A stretch of DNA of 64,000 bases, from assembly GCA_947453945.1 (NCBI GenBank), contig CANGJB010000007.1, positions 4,932-68,931 of the forward strand, written 5' to 3'. The notes under the pieces are model-generated. The model ran no database searches, had not been told where the DNA came from, and saw only the letters and a program-made list of their open reading frames with translations. This stretch comes from Sphingomonadaceae bacterium (lineage in GTDB: Bacteria; Pseudomonadota; Alphaproteobacteria; Sphingomonadales; Sphingomonadaceae). Made by a program: the position numbers and the translations under genes. Below, piece after piece: positions 59,928-64,000 of the stretch (the stretch's first letter is position 1; the number at the start of each line of letters is the position of its first letter).

Positions 59928-60482
59928 TTGGCCATTCAATCCGACAAGTGGATCCGCACGCAGGCCATCGAACATGGCATGATCGAGCCGTTCGTGGAGA
60001 GCCAGCGCCGCGACGACTGCATCAGCTATGGCCTGTCCTCCTATGGCTATGATGCGCGCGTGGCGGATGAATTCAAGATCTTCACCAACGTCGATTCGGC
60101 GGTGGTCGACCCGAAGAACTTCGATTCCAACTCGTTCGTCGATCGCAAGACCAATGTCTGCGTGATCCCGCCCAACTCTTTCGCACTGGCACGGACAGTG
60201 GAATATTTCCGCGTCCCGCGTGACGTGCTTGTGATCTGCCTTGGCAAATCGACCTATGCCCGCTGCGGGATCATCGTGAACGTGACGCCGCTGGAGCCGG
60301 GCTGGGAAGGCCACGTGACGCTGGAGTTTTCCAACACCACGCCGCTGCCCGCCAAGATCTATGCCAACGAAGGCGCATGCCAGTTCCTGTTCCTGCAAGG
60401 GAACGAGCCGTGCGAGGTGAGCTACGCCGACCGGGCGGGCAAATACATGGGCCAGCGCGGGGTGACCTTGCCCAGACTTTGA
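59928..60482 (+). CDS. dcd: dCTP deaminase (TTG start)
   Basis: [45 protein letters not shown]. Confidence 0.97.
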   Translation: MAIQSDKWIRTQAIEHGMIEPFVESQRRDDCISYGLSSYGYDARVADEFKIFTNVDSAVVDPKNFDSNSFVDRKTNVCVIPPNSFALARTVEYFRVPRDVLVICLGKSTYARCGIIVNVTPLEPGWEGHVTLEFSNTTPLPAKIYANEGACQFLFLQGNEPCEVSYADRAGKYMGQRGVTLPRL

Positions 60483-60520
60483 ACGGCCCTTTGAAAACAC
60501 AAGAGTAACGGGAGAGAACA

Positions 60521-61696
60521 ATGGCAACGAGCAAGGCCGAACGGCCCTTCGATCTGATCGTCTACGGCGCGACCGGCTATACCGGTCGTCTCGTGGCCGA
60601 ATATCTCGCGCATCATTATGGCAAGGATGGTCCGCGCTGGGCCATGGCTGGGCGCAGCGCGGAAAAGCTGGCGGAAGTGCGCGATCTGATCGGTGCGCCC
60701 GCCGATACGCCGCTGGTCGTTGCCGATTCGAATGATCCCGCGAGCCTCACCGCGATGGCAGAGCAGACCCGCGTGGTGGTGACGACGGTCGGTCCGTACC
60801 AGCTCTATGGCGAACCGGTGCTACGCGCCTGCGTGGCGGCGGGAACGGATTATGCTGACCTGTGCGGCGAGCCGGTGTGGATGCGGCAGATGGTCGATGC
60901 GCTGCACGAGCAGGCGAAGCAGACCGGCGCGCGGGTGGCGTTCTCTTCGGGCTTCGATTCGATTCCCTTCGATCTCGGCGTGTTCATGTTGCAGCAGGAA
61001 GCCAAGGCGCGCTTCGGGGCTCCCGCGCCGCGCGTGAAGTGCCGCGTGCGGGCGATGGTCGGCGGCTTCTCGGGCGGCACGGCAGCCAGCCTTGGCGCGA
61101 CGCTCAAGGCGCTCGGCGCGAATCCCTCACTGATTCCTATCATGCAAAGCCCGTTCGGCCTTACGCCCGGGTTTGAAGGTCCAGAGCAGCCTGCGGGCGA
61201 CAAGCCGTTCCTCGATGATGCGACCGGCAGCTGGGCCGCGCCCTTCATCATGGCGGTGATCAATACCAAGAACGTCCACCGCACCAATCTGCTGCGCGGG
61301 CACCCCTATGGCGCGGACTTTGTCTATGACGAGATGGTGCTGACCGGGCCGGGTGAGCAGGGCCAGGCGATTGCCGAGCATATCGCGAAGACGCCGATGA
61401 TCGGTGGGCCGAACGATCCCGCTCCGGGCGAAGGGCCGACCGCGGAGGAGCGGCTGAACGGGCACTACGACGTGTTGTTCGTCGGCGAGATGCCCGATGG
61501 CCGCGAACTGCGCTACGGCGTCAAGGGCCGGTATGATCCGGGCTATGGTTCGACCAGCCGCATGATTGCCGAAACCGGCATCGCGCTGCTTTCGTGCGAG
61601 GCGGAAGGCGCAATTGCCACGCCGGGGGCCCTGCTGGGCGAGGCACTGGTCGAGCGCCTGCGTGCCCACGCCGAGATCACTTTCGAAGCGGAATGA
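60521..61696 (+). CDS. saccharopine dehydrogenase-like oxidoreductase (trans-acting enoyl reductase family)
   Basis: YGATGYTG, TTVGPY, DYADLCGE, GFDSIPFDLG, DPGYGST. Confidence 0.92.
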   Translation: MATSKAERPFDLIVYGATGYTGRLVAEYLAHHYGKDGPRWAMAGRSAEKLAEVRDLIGAPADTPLVVADSNDPASLTAMAEQTRVVVTTVGPYQLYGEPVLRACVAAGTDYADLCGEPVWMRQMVDALHEQAKQTGARVAFSSGFDSIPFDLGVFMLQQEAKARFGAPAPRVKCRVRAMVGGFSGGTAASLGATLKALGANPSLIPIMQSPFGLTPGFEGPEQPAGDKPFLDDATGSWAAPFIMAVINTKNVHRTNLLRGHPYGADFVYDEMVLTGPGEQGQAIAEHIAKTPMIGGPNDPAPGEGPTAEERLNGHYDVLFVGEMPDGRELRYGVKGRYDPGYGSTSRMIAETGIALLSCEAEGAIATPGALLGEALVERLRAHAEITFEAE

Positions 61697-61753
61697 TTGC
61701 TGACGGACTGCCTGCCTAGCAAGAGGGCGTGCATGGCAGGCGGTCCGAGCCGC

Positions 61754-62197
61754 TCAGGCAGCTTCGGCGTAAGCCTCGGCTTCGGCGGCAATGAGAATAT
61801 CGGCGAGCATCCAGTACGCTTCGCCCCAAGCTGCGAGGACTTCGTCGGTCGCAACCTCGGCACCGACCACATCGCGAATCGCGGGGAGCAGCGCTTCGGC
61901 GACATAGGGGTAATGCTCTGCCCGCACGCCGCACTCGACGTGGCGGCGGACCATTTTGCCGACAGCGGGGCCAAGGTTCTCGAGCTGATCGATGTTCTTT
62001 GCATAGGCGAGGATCGCGTTCGCGAGCCGGCGTGGCTGCTCGCCGCTTTCCTGCGCGGCGGCATCGAACATCTCGTGTACATTCGCGTTCACAAACAAGC
62101 GCTTGTACATTGCGGTGGTGATGGCGAGCCCGTGCCTCTCGATTACGGGGGCCGTGGCTTTGACTATGCGGCGGGCATGTTCGGAAGCGGTGCGCAT
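61754..62197 (-). CDS. single-domain globin (Vitreoscilla Hb / flavohemoglobin globin-domain-like)
   Basis: B10 Tyr (AMYKRLF), CD1 Phe, E7 Gln (GEQPRRLA), F8 His (RRHVECGV), EHYPYV, AWGEAY; no reductase domain. Confidence 0.93.
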   Translation of the reverse strand: MRTASEHARRIVKATAPVIERHGLAITTAMYKRLFVNANVHEMFDAAAQESGEQPRRLANAILAYAKNIDQLENLGPAVGKMVRRHVECGVRAEHYPYVAEALLPAIRDVVGAEVATDEVLAAWGEAYWMLADILIAAEAEAYAEAA

Positions 62198-62210
62198 GGG
62201 CATCTCCAAT

Positions 62211-62244
62211 CAGGTATCGCAAATACTGGTATTTTCTCTACTTG
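62211..62244. promoter_or_regulatory. tandem NsrR-like operator sites
   Basis: CAGGTAT-N5-ATACTGG and overlapping CTGGTAT-N5-CTACTTG resemble GATGYAT-N5-ATRCATC. Confidence 0.6.
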
Positions 62245-62280
62245 ATTTGTGCAAGTGAAAAATGGATTTGAGAAGGCGTT

Positions 62281-62745
62281 ATGCAGCTCACACAGCACAC
62301 CGACTTCGGCCTGCGCCTGCTGATCATGCTTGCCCGCGTATCTGGGGATGAAGGCGGCTCGCTCGGCCTGCCCGCGTTCTCAGCACAGCAGGGGCTTAGC
62401 TATCACCATGTCGCCAAAGTGGCGCAGGCGCTGGTTGCGGCGGGGTTTGCCATCTCGCACCGTGGGCGCAGCGGCGGGATCACCTTAGCGCGGCCGGCAG
62501 AGCAGATCACTGTCGGCGAAGTGGTGCGCACGCTGGAAAAAGCCATGCGCCTCGCCGATTGCGCAACTTGCGCGCTGCGCACTGATTGCGCTTTGAGCAG
62601 TGTGCTGGCCGAGGCGCTCGAAGCGTTCCTCGGCGTGCTCGATCGCTACACGCTGGCCGATGTGGCACGGGAGGGCGTGCCGGCCTTCGCGCCCTGGGCA
62701 GCACTTCCTTCGGCGCCCTCTTGCGCGGTCAGCGACCCTTCCTGA
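62281..62745 (+). CDS. nsrR: Rrf2 family regulator, NsrR-like
   Basis: MQLTQHTDFGLR, RGRSGG..LAR, ITVGEVVR, three Cys CATCALRTDC, LDRYTLAD. Confidence 0.85.
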   Translation: MQLTQHTDFGLRLLIMLARVSGDEGGSLGLPAFSAQQGLSYHHVAKVAQALVAAGFAISHRGRSGGITLARPAEQITVGEVVRTLEKAMRLADCATCALRTDCALSSVLAEALEAFLGVLDRYTLADVAREGVPAFAPWAALPSAPSCAVSDPS

Positions 62746-63154
62746 GCGCCGCGACACAGGCCGCGCGATCGACATCGCGCCCGTCGCCGCGCCGCGCATC
62801 GATATATGTCGCGATCGCGCGGCCGCCGCCGTCGGGCGGGTAAAGATAAGCATCCAGCACGCAGGGCGCTGCGCTCCATTGCAGCTTGCGTGCATCGCCA
62901 TCACGCACATCGAGCCGGGGCGCGCCGAACTGGCGGGCGAGCGCCTCGGCATCGGCACCGATCACGCCCTCAAGGCCCGGCAGGGTCTGGACGTGCGGGC
63001 GGGGGCGCTGCGTCTGGATTGCTGCCGGAGGGGCGGGGCGGACCAGTTTGGGCGGCGGCGGTGCGGGCAGCGGACGCACTGCATCGTTGCTGCCACCGCA
63101 GGCGGCGAGAGCGAGGAGCGCAGGAAGGGCAAGTAGGCGGCGTCCGTTCATCAT
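62729..63154 (-). CDS. lipoprotein of unknown function
   Basis: Lipobox LALAAC; FGAPRLDVRDGDARKLQW...CVLDAYLYP. Confidence 0.8.
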   Translation of the reverse strand: MMNGRRLLALPALLALAACGGSNDAVRPLPAPPPPKLVRPAPPAAIQTQRPRPHVQTLPGLEGVIGADAEALARQFGAPRLDVRDGDARKLQWSAAPCVLDAYLYPPDGGGRAIATYIDARRGDGRDVDRAACVAALRKGR

Positions 63155-63285
63155 CCGGGTGAATCGCCGCTGGGCCGCGTGCTGTCAACGCATAGAGCGC
63201 TTTGGGCCACACGCTGTAGCGCGGCGTTGCACCGCGCCGCCGCGCCCGCTACGGCGCCGAGCTCTGATCTGCGTGGAGTTTCTTG

Positions 63286-64000
63286 ATGAGCCTGGCACCC
63301 GCCCGTTTTGATGTGATCGCCATCGGCAACGCCATTGTCGATGTGATGGCGCCAGCTTCTGAGCAGGACATCACGGCGCTGGATCTTGCCAAGGGCGGCA
63401 TGACACTCATCGATACGGCGCGGGCGCACGAGCTCTATGAGGCGATGGGCCCGGCGCGCGAAATCTCGGGTGGCTCTGCGGCGAATACGCTGGCGGGCCT
63501 CGCTGCCCTTGGCGCGAAATGCGCCTTTATCGGTCAGGTTGCGGATGACCAGCTTGGCGAAGTCTTTGCGCATGACATCCGCGCGAGCGGGATCGCGTTT
63601 GAGACCCCAGCGCGCGGCAAGGATCCGGCGACCGCGCGGTGCCTGATCTTCGTGACACCCGATGGGCAGCGCACCATGAACACCTATCTCGGCGCCTCGC
63701 AGTTCCTTCCGGCGGTGGCGCTTGATGAGGACGTGATCGCGGCGGCTTCCGTGCTCTATCTCGAAGGCTACCTGTGGGATCCGGAAGAGCCCCGGCAGGC
63801 GATGCGGCGCGCCATCGGTGCGGCACGCGCGGCGGGGCGGCAGGTGGCGTTCACGCTGTCCGATGGCTTTGTGATCGCGCGCCACGGCGATGATTTCCGT
63901 GCGCTGATTGCGGCGGGTGAGATCGATATCCTCTTTGCCAACGAGCATGAGCTTGCCGCGCTGACCGGCGAGGACGATTTCCATGCCGGGATCGCGCAGC
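63286..64000 (+). CDS. PfkB family adenosine kinase (partial, runs off the window; absent from ORF track)
   Basis: MSLAPARFDVIAIGNAIVDV...GGMTLID...SGGSAANT...DGQRTMNTYLGA...YLEGYLWD...LFANE. Confidence 0.93.
   Translation, partial: MSLAPARFDVIAIGNAIVDVMAPASEQDITALDLAKGGMTLIDTARAHELYEAMGPAREISGGSAANTLAGLAALGAKCAFIGQVADDQLGEVFAHDIRASGIAFETPARGKDPATARCLIFVTPDGQRTMNTYLGASQFLPAVALDEDVIAAASVLYLEGYLWDPEEPRQAMRRAIGAARAAGRQVAFTLSDGFVIARHGDDFRALIAAGEIDILFANEHELAALTGEDDFHAGIAQ

Noticed and set aside
1-64000. CRISPR arrays, tRNA/rRNA genes, IS elements, prophage or defence systems
   Set aside because: No regularly spaced repeats, cloverleaf or rRNA signatures, or transposase/integrase/nuclease ORFs were seen by eye.

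Overview
GC-rich alphaproteobacterial chromosome segment, Sphingomonadales-like (probably Novosphingobium/Erythrobacteraceae; inferred from gene order and protein style). It spans the probable replication origin: a ppsR(PDRP)-hemE intergenic oriC with DnaA boxes, DnaA-trio-like repeats and GANTC sites, flanked by divergent housekeeping operons (ppsR-maf-aroE-coaE-dnaQ-hpf-ptsN to the left; hemE-hemJ-rho...mnmE-mnmG-rsmG-parA-parB to the right), with three parS sites. Other core genes include rodZ, ptsP, rcdA, nadA, lipB, rpe, purH, sua5/tsaC, carD, fdxA, rpoZ, dnaB, cdd and dcd. I saw no rRNA, tRNA, CRISPR array or transposase. The most interesting accessory signal is a split CDP-inositol pathway (Ino1 + IPCT-like cytidylyltransferase + DIPPS-like CDP-alcohol phosphotransferase) in a sphingolipid-producing lineage, a candidate route to inositol-phosphoceramide. 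Also notable: long structured 5' leaders upstream of a SleB-family hydrolase and carD, a two-state hairpin behind a 55-aa DUF465 gene missing from the ORF track, a deleted-gene remnant after ptsN, an NsrR-globin module, a CAP + zinc-peptidase pair, and about ten genes with leaderless promoter geometry. All family calls come from recognising motifs by eye, not from database searches.
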